A stretch of DNA of 52,431 nt, taken from Octopus bimaculoides (lineage: Eukaryota). The position numbers and the translations under genes were made by a program. The stretch covers positions 145,710,566 to 145,762,996 of the forward strand of contig NC_068983.1 of the NCBI RefSeq assembly GCF_001194135.2. The letters run 5' to 3'. Below are positions 11,458-23,270 of this stretch, in pieces. A model generated the notes under the pieces. It did not search any database. It worked only from the letters and a program-made list of their open reading frames with translations, and had not been told where the DNA came from. How positions within the stretch are numbered: position 1 is the first letter of the stretch; every line of letters begins with the position of its first letter.

Positions 11458-11870
11458 AAATTCCACTATACAGCACCTTAAGTAAGTGCCTTGTCTTGTT
11501 CTATGGTCTCAGGTTGACCAGTGCCTTGTGAATGAATTTGGTAAACATAAACTGTAGGGAGCCTCTTGTGTGTGTGTGTGTGTGTGTGTGTGATCATTAT
11601 TATAAGCATGAATGTGGACACCATAGTTTTGCTTGAGCAAAATGGTGATGTCTTAATATTTTTTGTTGACATTATGGTTGGTTCTTTGTTTTGAAGACAT
11701 TCATAAAACAGGCGACATTTGATGACAGGGAGAGCATCCAACTGTAAAGATCCTTCCTCAGATACCTCCATGTTTAATTCATGCTAGCATAAAGAAACTG
11801 ACATTGAATGGACGAATGCACTCAGCTTGTTATTTTCTTGATTATTCCATTATCTTTTGTGTTGTTTCAG

Positions 11871-12032
11871 GATCTAAAGAAACGGACATTTCAACAGTGT
11901 ATTGGTGCTGGTTGTAAAAGAGATGCTCGGACAGGATCTGTCTATTGCAGTGATGAATGCATTGTAAGACATGCTCAGGAATCATTGGCATTGTTGAAGA
12001 ATGAACGACACTTTCAACAAACTGGCCAGAAA
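11871..12032 (+). CDS. DIDO1: Exon 8: Cys motif CIGAGC...VYCSDECIVRHA
   Basis: tttcAG acceptor, AAA|gtgagt donor, phase 0-0; resembles the DIDO1 CIGPGC...VYCSNDCI motif (recalled). Confidence 0.92.
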
Positions 12033-12217
12033 GTGAGTCTTGTCTAAGTTTTATTCTTCTCATATGTGAAATGGTAGTTTAGCCTTGAGCATCCTAAATT
12101 AGCCAGTTTGGATTCACACGCAGAAACACACTTTCCCTCTCTCACGCACACACATGTACCCACTCTCTCTCTCTTACACACACATATGCATAAACACATA
12201 CACATGTATCCCCTTAA

Positions 12218-12411
12218 CCCTTTAGCATTCAGGTTACTTTGTCAAATGTAATACTTAATTATTCACATTGTTTTGAATTAATCATACATCATCTTGTAGC
12301 TTCAAGATTTTGATGATGTGATTATTTATTAGGAGGCCAAATCTAGATGGTTTGAACATAAAACAAAATAGAATATTTGGGCTGGATATGGCTGGTTTAA
12401 ATGCTAAAGGG
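12218..12411. mobile_element. piggyBac-type MITE
   Basis: Perfect 12-bp TIR ccctttagcatt/aatgctaaaggg with TTAA at 12214-12217 and 12412-12415. Confidence 0.85.
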
Positions 12412-12604
12412 TTAATGGGTTGCTGGGCTGTCAGTGAGCACCTTCCTTTGGGTTGAAGCCACATCAGTAAGCTTGCTGAGGCACATCTATCTAATTTCTT
12501 GCTCAGCCTTCCTGCATTTATACCACAGGAAAACCCCTCATATACTATGAGCTTAAGTTTTCTACATTAGAAATGTATTTTTAAGGGCGTTTTTTTTTGT
12601 ATTG

Positions 12605-13198
12605 TAGAAATAATACATTTCTAAATCTCTCAGAGAGGTTTATGCAGTAGTGATATGATAAAGTAGTTGTCTGCTGTCAACTTAATGTGACAGTCCCATG
12701 AAGGGAATAATACTACTGCTATTTAGCAGTAAGGACACAGGAAATGTGTCAAGGCTGACAGGAAGCGGTGTTGCTTCCTAAGGCTAAATAGCAGTAGTAT
12801 TATTCCCTTCATGGGACTGTCACATTAAGATGACAGCATACAATTACTTTATCGTATCACTACTGCATAAATCTCTCTGAGAGATTTAGAAATGTATTAT
12901 TTCTATTTTTGAAATCAGTGAATGTATTTCACTAGAATTATTATATGTTTACAAGAGCTTGACAAGCATCTTCGTCTAGCAGGTCATGCTACTCCAGACT
13001 GACGACGAGCAAAGACTCAGAAACTAGTCCCTGGATGCAGGCTTAGCTGGGTCGAGGTGCTTGTCTCCCCCTTGTAAACATAAGGACACAGGAAATGTGT
13101 CAAGGCCTACAGGAAACGATGTTGCTTCCTAGGGCTAAATAGCAGTAGTATTATTCCCTTCATGGGACTGTCACATTAAGTCGACAGCATACAACTAC
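12605..13198 (+). mobile_element. Penelope-like pseudo-LTR / non-LTR retrozyme-like insertion
   Basis: Inverted repeat 12605-12727 / 12783-12905, direct repeat 12730-12850 / 13081-13201 (period 351), flanking ttttttgtattg at 12593-12604 and 13199-13210, internal hammerhead motif. Confidence 0.7.
12993..13035 (+). ncRNA. Minimal type-I hammerhead ribozyme motif (possibly decayed)
   Basis: TCCAG(A)-CTGACGA-(C)GAG caaaga CTC(A)-GAAA-CTAG-TC-(C)CTGGA; predicted GUC cleavage between 13029 and 13030. Confidence 0.7.
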
Positions 13199-13751
13199 TT
13201 TTTTGTATTGATTATGTTAAAATTCAATTTCTTACTATTAATGATGGCTATTATGTCACTGGGTTGACTTAACAGTTTTTATTAAAGCTGAGATGTGTCT
13301 AGTCATGAATGGTTGGGATACCATTGCCAAATATATTTTAGTGTAGTATGTTTTAGGTTAAATCAGTTAACCTCCTTTGATACAAATATTTCTCCAGTCT
13401 ATTTGCAACCATGAGAAGAAATGATTGAAATGACAAAGGAAGCACCTTAACCAAAAGTGTGTTGTACATTTTGTTTTCTGAACGGTTTCTCTCTTGTCTT
13501 TGTGGCCAAGTATTTTGAATTCAAAACATTTAGAATTGGATACCTGTATGTGTGTGTGTGTGTGTGTATTTAAAGTATACAAATTTTTAATAATCATGTT
13601 TGAGTGTTTTAATTGAAAACTACTTGTTTATGATTAATATCTATCTTCAAATTTGGTCATGGTCTGCTATGAGATTGATTGACTTGTTAGACTCTTCTTT
13701 CAGTTTATATCTGCAACTAAACTAGGCTTTTGTTCAGAAATAATTATTGTT

Positions 13752-13958
13752 TTTAACTTTGGTACAAGGCCAGCAATTTTGAGAGAAGGGGAAATTGGTT
13801 ACATCAGCTCTAGTGATCACTTGGGTACTTGTTTTATCAACCCCATAAGGATGAAAGACAAAGTCAGCCTCACCTACATTTGAACTTGATGTAAAACTGG
13901 AAGAAATGCTGCTAAGCATTTTGGCCAGCATGCTAACGGTTCTGCCAACTTGCTGCTA
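13752..13958 (-). mobile_element. tRNA-type SINE family C
   Basis: Minus strand has head ...gcagcaagttggcagaaccgttagcatg... and core ctttgtctttcatccttatggggttgataaaacaagtacc; homologous to 20636-20745 and 38015-38125. Confidence 0.7.
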
Positions 13959-14077
13959 TGATTAGTATCGTCATTGTAGCTGCTGCCCATAAGGGCCCAT
14001 GATGATAACACACAAATAGGTGGGGTTTACATCAGTCAAAGGGAGACACTACAACAATAAGGATATAACAAAAGAAT

Positions 14078-14558
14078 ATCATCATCATCATCATCATCAT
14101 CGTTTAACGTTCGCTTTCCATGCTAGCATGGGTTGGACGATTTGACTGAGGACTGGTGAAACCGGATGGCAACACCAGGCTCCAATCTAAATTTGGCAGA
14201 GTTTCTACAGCTGGATGCCCTTCCTAACGCCAACCACTCAGAGAGTGTAGTAGGTGCTTTTATGTGTCACCTGCACGAAGGCCAGTCAGGCGATACTGGC
14301 AACGGCCATGCTCGAAATGGTGTCTTTTATGTGCCACCCGCACAAGCCAGTCCAGGGGCACTGGCAACGATCTCGCTCGAAAATCCTACGGAAGCCAGTC
14401 AGGCGGTACTGGCAACGGCCACGCTCAAAATGGTGCATCTTATGTGCCACCTGCACAAGAGCCAGTCCAGGGGCACTGGCAACGATCTTACTTGGCTTGC
14501 CGGGTCTTCTCACGCACAGCACATTTCCAAAGGTCTCGGTCAGTAGTCATCGCCTCGG
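14078..14558 (-). mobile_element. 5'-truncated RTE LINE 3' end, CpG-rich (younger) copy
   Basis: Minus strand MTTDRDLWKCAVREKTRQAK*, 3' UTR repeats and (GAT)n tail homologous to 10774-11457. Confidence 0.82.
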
Positions 14559-14717
14559 AAAATAGAATTTAGAAAATTATGTAAAATAATTAACTTGCTT
14601 ATTAAAAAATCTTTCGCTCTCTTCTATCATTTGCCTTGTTTGTAATGTTAACATATTGAAGTATATCTCAGTATTTTGAAATATATTATTAACCTTTTGC
14701 TATTATTTGTTTTCCAG

Positions 14718-14940
14718 CCGAGTGAAAAATCCATAAACCCACAGCCGACTCCACAGCTGCTGCCATCTCTGAAGAAGGAAAGCAACAGCAAAGTGGTGGT
14801 GCTGGAGAGGAAGAGTGGTCGTATTTTAACTGGGCCAACAGCTCCCACGGAATCTGTGCTCAGAGAGTGGCTCACGGAACATCCTACATTTGAAGTGCTG
14901 CAACCATCGCAGGGTCTCCACAAGACACCTACCTTTTATG
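14718..14940 (+). CDS. DIDO1: Exon 9: BRK domain (VVVLERKSGRILTGPTAPTESVLREWLTEHPTFEVL)
   Basis: ttccAG acceptor, G|gtaatc donor, phase 0-1; BRK consensus recognisable. Confidence 0.92.
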
Positions 14941-15552
14941 GTAATCTTCACTTAGTTTTTTTTATTGTGTATTGACAAGGTGTCCTATGTTTTAGTTGTT
15001 TGGGATGGTTGGCCCCTTTCATCTCATCAGTTATATCTTTTATAATGAGGGATAAAAAGAAATATAAAAACAGTCATGAGGATTAAAGCCAATTTAAACT
15101 AAAACTTGGTAATAATTCTTTGGCATTCTTATCCAGTAGTAACAATTCAGTCTTTGATAGAAGAGAGCACTATTCTAATGCAGGTACTATTGATAGGAGA
15201 GTTTTGTACATTATTTTAAGCAATCACTTCCAATCAGTGTTTAGTTTAGAAATAAATAAATAAATAAGAGGTATACAATATAAAAAAATTACTTCCAAAA
15301 CTTACTTAGCATAAATTTGGAGTAAGGGGAATAACTCCTGGTAGCTTTATTTTGTCCATTGAAAACAAACCAAACAACAGGCTTTTGTTAAATGTAGAAA
15401 TCTCTTGACCAAGGTGTGTTGTACAGTAACATTAAAAGCTGAATCTATTAGTTAAACACACACACACCAGTTGATTCTGTATAGGAGTATTTTGGCTTAA
15501 TATTTACTAACATAATTATTCAAGCTTAGATTAGTGCTACAACATGGATTAG

Positions 15553-16415
15553 CATATCTTGGCTTATGCCCCTCAGCCAGGGCTACCAGATGAACAGAAA
15601 GACCAATTTTATGACACCCTCTTGCAGACTACCTCGTTGATGATTGACAGAGACCTCCTCTTTGTAGCTGGCAACTTCAATGGGCATGTTGGACAACATG
15701 TGGTGGGGCTTCGATAGTGTAGACGGTGGCTATGGATTTCATTCCCACAATGAGGAGGGAACCAAGCTGCTGGAGTTCTGTGATGCAAATGATCTTATGG
15801 TCTGTAATACTAACTTCAGGAAACCTACCAGTCACCTATTGACCTACTGGTCTGGTGACCACACTAGTCAAATTGACTACATCCTCACCAGGAAACGGGA
15901 AAAATGGCTTCCCAGGTGAAGAATGCACCCCACAACATAGGTTAGTAGTTAGTGATTTCAGGATCAGGGCTAAATGGATATCCAGAAGACAACCAGTATG
16001 GAAAAGAAGGGTCTGGAAGCTTAAGGATACTGTGAATGGACGGAGATTTAGAGGCATATTACTCGAAACTTTTGACAATGAAGAGGAGGATATAGCATCA
16101 CATAATGTGGAAGACAACTGGAGGTTCCTATGAGACAACCTGTTGAGGGCTACTGACCAGATCTGTGGCTGGTGCAAAGTTCCCTCTTGACCTAAGGTAA
16201 TGTGGTGGTGAAACAATGTAGTTGACAGGGCCATTAGGGAAAAGAAACAGGCATGGAAGTACATTCTGTGGAGTAGTTGGCATTAGGAAGGGCATTCAGC
16301 CATAAAAACCATGCCTGAACAGACAATGGAACCTGGTGTGGTCCTTGGCCTACCAGCTCTGGCCATACCATTCAACCCATGCCAGCATGGAAAATGGATG
16401 TTAAATGATGATGAT
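15553..16415 (+). mobile_element. Internally deleted RTE LINE: decayed APE endonuclease joined to the 3' tail
   Basis: AYAPQPGL...FVAGNFNGHVG...NEEGTKLLEFC...NTNFRK...SQIDYIL with frameshifts; from about 16260 it switches to the 3' UTR tail ending in tgatgatgat. Confidence 0.88.
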
Positions 16416-16629
16416 CATATTATACCAGACTGTTTATTGTAAGCATTGGCTGATATGTTTGTTCATTCATTAATTCATTTTTATGTCCATTTTCCCATGC
16501 TAGCATGGGTTAGTTGAATACATTTTTGTATGATCTTCTTCAGTAATTCTATATTTTCAAATATGTTTAAATTGGTAGTATTGTTGGTGAGAATATTTAT
16601 TTCTTGCATGTATTATGTCTTTCATTCAG

Positions 16630-16789
16630 GAAAAGATAAGGATAAACGACAGCCTCAACCTGAAAAGAAAAATTCTACAGAACCCAAGAAGAAAGAACCT
16701 GAGCTTAAACAAGGAAACCAAGTTCCCAAAGGTCCAGATGATGTACGACTTAATGTCAAAAAGTCTCTGCATGAAGCTTTGTCAAATAG
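16630..16789 (+). CDS. DIDO1: Exon 10: linker and start of TFIIS central domain
   Basis: ttcAG acceptor, AG|gtaaac donor, phase 1-2. Confidence 0.9.
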
Positions 16790-16840
16790 GTAAACTATCA
16801 TGTTAAAAAAGTTATTTCTGTGGCCTTTCTTTGATGGTTA

Positions 16841-16876
<36 letters not shown>

Positions 16877-17142
16877 ACTGGAAACTGTTTATTGATTTCA
16901 CAAATTTCTCTTTGATTGTAGTTAAGTTTTTTGTTGTAATGAAAATGGATTATTTGTTTGAAATTTACTTTCATGGGTGTGGGCTTAGCTCTGTGGTTAA
17001 GAATTTCACTTTGTAATAACATGATTTTTAGGTTCAAATGGAGGTCAACACCTTATCAGTTGCTCAGCTCCAAATGGTATTAATCAAACCTTTATATAAA
17101 CCTTTGTTTATAACCAGTAGTTAATGATATTATCTGTTGCAG

Positions 17143-17302
17143 GGCACGAGAGGCTAATGATATCAATCATCACAACAGCAGCATACGCAATTTGGTGATA
17201 AATATTGAGGAAGAGTTGCATCGATTGTATAATGATAGTGGTCAAAAATACAAGGCACGATACCGCAGTCTCATCTTCAACATTAAAGATAGCAACAATA
17301 AG
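17143..17302 (+). CDS. DIDO1: Exon 11: TFIIS central domain (IEEELHRLYNDSGQKYKARYRSLIFNIKD)
   Basis: ttgcAG acceptor, AAG|gtatgt donor, phase 2-0; TFIIS_M signature. Confidence 0.94.
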
Positions 17303-18489
17303 GTATGTACATAGAAAATGACATGAAATAATAGCTTGTGAAACTGAATGTTAGATTTAAAACAGATTTATACAATGTACACAACATCATGTATTGCATT
17401 TTATTTATTATTGGAACAAGATATTATTAAATGTTGGAGTAGCAAAAATCACTGTTTACTGTCTTTTGTCTTTTCATTTGAGTGAGGTCAGTAAAATAAA
17501 TACCACTAATAAGTTCAATTTAAACTATTAAGGGTATCCAGCCATAGAAAGCCATACCAAATCAGACTGGAGTCTGGTGCAGCCATCCAGCTTACCAGCA
17601 CTCAAGATTTTAAGTAATCTCTGAAGAAAATTGCAAAACACATTGCTAAAACTGCCTTAACATAGAATATAAATATTTAGCTGTTGTTGAGTCTATTATA
17701 TGGTGTCAAATAGAAATTTCAGTGGAGCACTATTCTCATATAGATAATCTGTTGCACTGTTTTGTACTTTGAAGTACATTTAGAAGAAAATCAGTCTATA
17801 CTAATATGATTTGCTGTGATTGTGTTTTCTCTGCTGCTTATTGTTAATAGATTTTACTCTTCAGAATCCTCTTTCTGGCTACTCCACTTTCTTATTTGAA
17901 CTCACCTATTGCAACTACCTCTCTTATTTCAAGCTACCCACATTAGGTTTCTGTTCCTAAATCCCTGACTCAGCCCTTAAATACAGTTTTCCTCAGTCTT
18001 CCAATTTGAGAGCAACTGTCCAGATCATGTAGTTAGTAATATTATGGCATGACCACATAACCATTGTTGTGTTTCATTTAAAAGAAAAATAATAATTTAA
18101 AGAAGTCATAATAATTCATGACTTTCTCAGCATTAACTGATTACTTTTGAGTTTCTTTATTTGATTAGTATTTCCATTGTGAGTTATCTACTTATTTTTT
18201 TCTGGTATATTATATTTCAAAACTGTCTGCTATATTCATCCATATTTCAAAGTGCTAGTGTAAAATTTGAGGGAGATTTGGTTATTTCTAGAAGGTTGAT
18301 TGACAATTATAGAGGTTCCTTCAGTGGTTTGTCATATCAGTTGTTATCCATTAACTGTTCTCTATCTGGCTTCTTTCCTTTTAAGGATGTAAGTTCTACA
18401 AGTGTTATTTCTTTGATCTGTTGTTAGATAGTTCTTGTGTATATTTCCTTAATTATTTTTCATTGAAAAATTTTTTATTTTTTCTAAAG

Positions 18490-18606
18490 GGCTTGTTCCG
18501 GAAAATTCTTAATAAACAGATAAAACCATATCGACTTGTACGTATGACAGCTGATGAACTGGCTTCACCAGAGCTTTCTCAATGGAGACAGAAAGAAGTA
18601 AAACAT
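18490..18606 (+). CDS. DIDO1: Exon 12: TFIIS central domain end (GLFRKIL...MTADELASPELSQWR)
   Basis: ctaaAG acceptor, CAT|gtaagc donor, 117 nt, phase 0-0. Confidence 0.93.
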
Positions 18607-19261
18607 GTAAGCTTCAAATTGCCATATGCTGTTTTAATAAGAATAATTTTGTTCTTGTCAGACTGTGATTGATAGATTTGGTTTTTTAATAACTGATGAG
18701 CTGAAAAAGATGTAAAAATTCATGTGTCCTACAATCTAGTGATGTCATTCATAGCCCAAGATATGTTTTTATATATGTCTCAGAAGAGAGTTTCCTTCTG
18801 GGACTTGTACTGCAGTGGAAGATCTTCTCACGTCTGAATACACTTGAACATGCTAAATATAATTTTACATGAATATATTTTATTCACTGCTGCTTCATTC
18901 AATATTATTTATTTAAGTGTTGCTTAACCAAGCTTTATGCACACTAGCATGCATGCTATATACTGTTTTAATAATAGTTTTGTTCTTATGAGGCACTGAA
19001 TATCAAATTTGATTTTCATAACCAGTGAAATGAAAAGACTCAGAAATGCATGCATTGTACAATCCAGTGGCACAATTCACAGCCCTAGATGTGTTTTCAC
19101 ACATGTCTAGGAGGAAAATATTCTATTAATCCACTGCCCTAGATTGGCATTTCTTTATCGGCCCCAAAAGCTGATCTCAATAAGATTCAATCTAAGAACA
19201 CAGAGTCAGAACAAATGAGCATGCACACCTTTACATACACTTACATATCTATACAAAAGCA

Positions 19262-19507
19262 TTGGTGTGAGTGTTGGTGCCACGTAAAAAGCACTGGTGC
19301 TGGTGCCATGTAAAAAGCACTTGTGATGGTGCCACATTAAAAAGCACCCAGTACACTCTGTAAAGTGGTTGGCATTAGGAAGGGTAACCAGCCATAGAAA
19401 CCTAGCCAAAACAGACTATGAGACCTGGTGTGGCCCATGGTCTTGTCAGTTCATGTCAAGCTGTCCAATCCATGCTTGCATGGAAACAGGTGTAGAATGA
19501 TGATGAT
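19262..19507 (+). mobile_element. RTE-type 3' tail element with ~26-bp internal tandem units
   Basis: Three tggtgccaygtaaaaagcac units followed by the conserved tail and (GAT)n. Confidence 0.72.
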
Positions 19508-19667
19508 ACACACACATATCTATGTGTATACATATCTGTATAGCCATGCATATGTATATATTTGTACATTGTCTCTTAAGTATGTCACTATTTAAACTGT
19601 AATGTAAAATTAAATACAACTTCTTACACATAAACACTGTAAACATATTCGTGTTTTGTGTTTATAG

Positions 19668-19790
19668 ACATTGGAGATGATTGAACAGAGAGAGGTTGAA
19701 GCCATCCAAGATGCAGCTAAATGTCACGTGGTGAAGAAAACTCACAAAGGTGAAGTAGATGTTGCTGGTGAAGACTTAAGTACACTAGAG
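19668..19790 (+). CDS. DIDO1: Exon 13 (TLEMIE...KKTHKGEVDV)
   Basis: tttatAG acceptor, GAG|gtaact donor, 123 nt; KTHKGE motif typical of the family. Confidence 0.92.
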
Positions 19791-20635
19791 GTAACTATTA
19801 ATATCATGTTCACCTTTTGGAATTTTATTTTACCATTTAACACTCAGTACCATCTCCTTGCCTTTAAATACAGCACAATTGTTTAACGGTTTTTGTTTGC
19901 ATTGGAATATTGCTTCCTGTCAAAGGTGCCTTTTCCCTTAAATCTATAAAGTATAAAATAAGGAAACTTGACTTCCATTTCTAGCAGATTGAATAACCAC
20001 TTAGAGGTTCCTTTGTTTAAGTATATGATGTGCATTCAGCTCTGAAAACACTGCCTCCTCCAAAACTTGTTCCCTATCCTAGTTGGCAGATATGTAACAT
20101 TAGGATAAATAAAAACTCTAATAAATTACAGTTGGGTTGGTACAGAGTTAAAACCAATAAAGCTTTACTTCCTGGAGCTCCTCATTTTGTGGTTTATGTC
20201 TTAATCTAGGTCAGTTTAGCTGGTCATTCTTCCAGGAGTGATAAATGAATACCAAAGTTATTCACACATGTGAACCAGAAACAATGTTTGTTTGAAATCT
20301 CTCTTTTTTTTTTTTTTAAATAAAACTTTATGAATGACATATAATTACAACCAAATCTTTTAGAAGCAAACCAGTTCTTTTTTCTTTCTTCCCAAAAGTT
20401 TGAGGCTGAAAGAACATTTGTGCTATGACATTCAATGTATAAAGTAAAATTATTAGACAGAAATGGTATAATACTATGGGCTATCTTATAGTGCTTGTTG
20501 TTTTCCTTCTGTATTGGGAAACGAGAGATTAACAGTGGCCATGTGCACGATGAAAAGAAGAAAAAGAAATAATAATAATAATAATGATAATAATAATAAT
20601 AATAACCCTTCCTACTAAAAGCATAAGGCGTGAAA

Positions 20636-20745
20636 TTTTGCATGAGGTCTATTACATCGACCCCAATGCTCGATTGGTACTCATTTTATTGACCTGAAAG
20701 GATGAAAAGCAAAGTCGACCTTGGTGGAATTAGAACTCAGAACAT
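20636..20745 (-). mobile_element. SINE family C fragment
   Basis: acatcgaccccaatgctcgattggtactcattttattgacctgaaaggatgaaaagcaaagtcgacc. Confidence 0.65.
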
Positions 20746-21411
20746 AATGATAACGATAACAGTAACAGCAGCAGCAGCAGTACTGTGTACCACTTTCTGG
20801 AATTAGCCGTAGAAATTTGTTGTCAATTTAGCACCACTTTCTGCTCTACGCAGAATGTCAATATATTTGACTCCTACAAAAAATAAGAAAACACAAGTCT
20901 TTTAGCATTGCATTGGCTGATAAGAGATTGCAACTATGGTTCAACTTACCTGCCAAGCTTATGATTTCTAGAAACTCTTTCCAAGTGAGATAAAAATCAT
21001 GTGAATAGAGAGATGGTCACTAGAGCCGGTAGACTTTTGATAGCCTGTCTTGTTAAGTATCAGTCTGGAAATTTTATAGCCTTCTCCAGCAAAAACCTCC
21101 TAGGAGGTGTATATTGTTGTCCCAGAAAATGAAATAAAGGCTATGTTTTGAATTGGGTCCTTCAGCTAAGTACTCTTTGCCAAGTAGATATTCTGCTTGA
21201 AACTTTAGACATCTCCAGACATAACATGCTCCTGCTTTTGTTTGTGCAAATATAATTGTATTTAATCAAACTCGATTTAAAATTTTATTTTTTGTTTCTT
21301 ATTATGAAACCTGTTTAGTTTAAAAAGGCTGTTTTTATGTGAGTTTGTTTCTTAAACTTTTTGATAAGAGCACATCACTGTAAGTTGTAGACCTCTATTA
21401 TTCATTACCAG

Positions 21412-21854
21412 GCGAAGCCAGTTCCTGTAGAGAAAGTTAAAGTCGATCAGAAAGTGGACATTGTTGGAGACTTAGTCACTGACACAACTGATTGTCATCG
21501 TAAGCATTTATTTGACTTGAATTGTAAGATATGCACAGGCAAAATACCACCGCCTTCTGATGAGCCTCTTGCTAAAAAGGCAAAGAAAGAAATACTTGCT
21601 CCTTCCACAAGTTCTTCTCCAGGAATACTGGATAAAAATCAACCAAAACCTGCCATTCCAAAGACTGAAAAGACCACCCCCAAGACAATCACAAAAGTAC
21701 AAGAAGATACATTTAAGGATGACGAAGTGAAGACTATCATGGAAACAATACGTTCTGTAACACAATCAGAAACAACAAGCGAATCGAAGGCATCAAACTC
21801 CCCACGTCCTAGTGCCATGAAAAGTTCTTCAAATTCCAGAAATGTCACTGTAAG
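21412..21854 (+). CDS. DIDO1: Exon 14: DTTDCHRKHLFDLNCKICTG motif
   Basis: taccAG acceptor, AG|gtatgt donor, phase 0-2. Confidence 0.92.
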
Positions 21855-22104
21855 GTATGTAGTATATGATTTATCACCCAACTGAAACTTTTGAATAATT
21901 ACAAACATGATGAAAGTTGAGGGTACATACACCCTGACACATCACCACCATCCCATTTTTTTTCCCAGCTGAGGTAATCATGTATCTCCCCTACTACAAG
22001 ATATCTGTTCTTGTCCCTCTATCATACTTTAACCTCTCATCAACAGGTATAAAGTCCCCCCACCAATACTGGCTCCCCACCTCAGCTGAAGGTTTTTGTT
22101 TTGA

Positions 22105-22298
22105 GAATTACTTGGTAGCCTCACTTGTGTGCTGATACCATGTAAAAAACCACGCACTCGGCATTAAGAAGGGCATCGAGCTCTTGAAGCCATGCCACAG
22201 CAGACTTGGTGCTTGGTGCAGTCTTCTAAATCATCATTTCCTGTCAAACTGTTCCACCCATGCCAGCTTGGAAAATGGACATTAAATGATGATGATGA
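22105..22298 (+). mobile_element. RTE-type 3' tail fragment
   Basis: ggcattaagaagggcat...ccatgccagcttggaaaatggacattaaatgatgatgatg. Confidence 0.7.
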
Positions 22299-23270
22299 AC
22301 AACAATGTAAATTCAATCTTTCTAATTCTTTATGATGAAGTTTTATCAGCTGTGACTTCCCTCGTGATTTCATTATAAAATGGTTTTGTTAGCAACTCTT
22401 TGAATACCTCAAAATGAATTTATTCACTAAAAGTCACACTCAACAAAAAACGTAGCAGAACCAGTGTTGTCACTATAATGGGATGTATGTCACGAATGAT
22501 GAACCAGACTACTGCACTATAACTGAATGCACCTTGCCCACCTTTGTTTTTGGGCACTGTTAATCTGTTGCAAATGTTTTGGAATATATCCTCAGTTCCC
22601 ACCCTGCTGTTTTTTCCTATAGTATGTGATCTGTACATATTCAACCACATCAAGGATCTTCAAAGGTCATATGTACTGATTCTATGTAATTTTACCTACC
22701 TTCGATGACTTAGTTTGTTCTATTTTATAGACTATTTTTTGATATAATATTTTCACATTCATAATACTACTGCTGTTACAAATGTTGATGTATTCACATA
22801 AACATAGTGATAGGATGAAGTACAAGTGAAACAAGATTTACTATGTAATTTCATGGGAGTTGGGTTACTAAAAAGATCCTGTCAGTTAAGACTGGGTACA
22901 GCTTTGGAATGAACAGAGCATAATCTCTGTTGTCATTGCCACCACCACTGTTGCCTTCTTGCTGCTTTTTGTGTTGACATAAGTGGAGTTGCTCTGCAGG
23001 AACCAATGGGTCAGTGAACACTGTCCTGCAATGTCTTACTTCTGACAGATATTTGACTGGATGTCCTTCCTAATAGGCTAAACTAATTTATAATACCTCT
23101 ACTACAGAATATATATCTTTAAATGTATGTTTGTTTTTAAGTATAATGACAGTTATTTATTATTGCTGTTTATATTTTCTGTTGTAAGTTCTTTAGAATT
23201 TTCCTTTATGAAAGTTAGTCCTTATGATTTAGTCTTCTGTAATCAATGGCTGTATTTGACTTTATTTCAG

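Noticed and set aside
12605-12905. T-shaped palindrome resembling a parvovirus/AAV ITR (long stem topped by two small hairpins)
   Set aside because: No NS1/Rep or capsid sequence nearby; the tandem repeat, TSD and hammerhead fit a Penelope/retrozyme origin better
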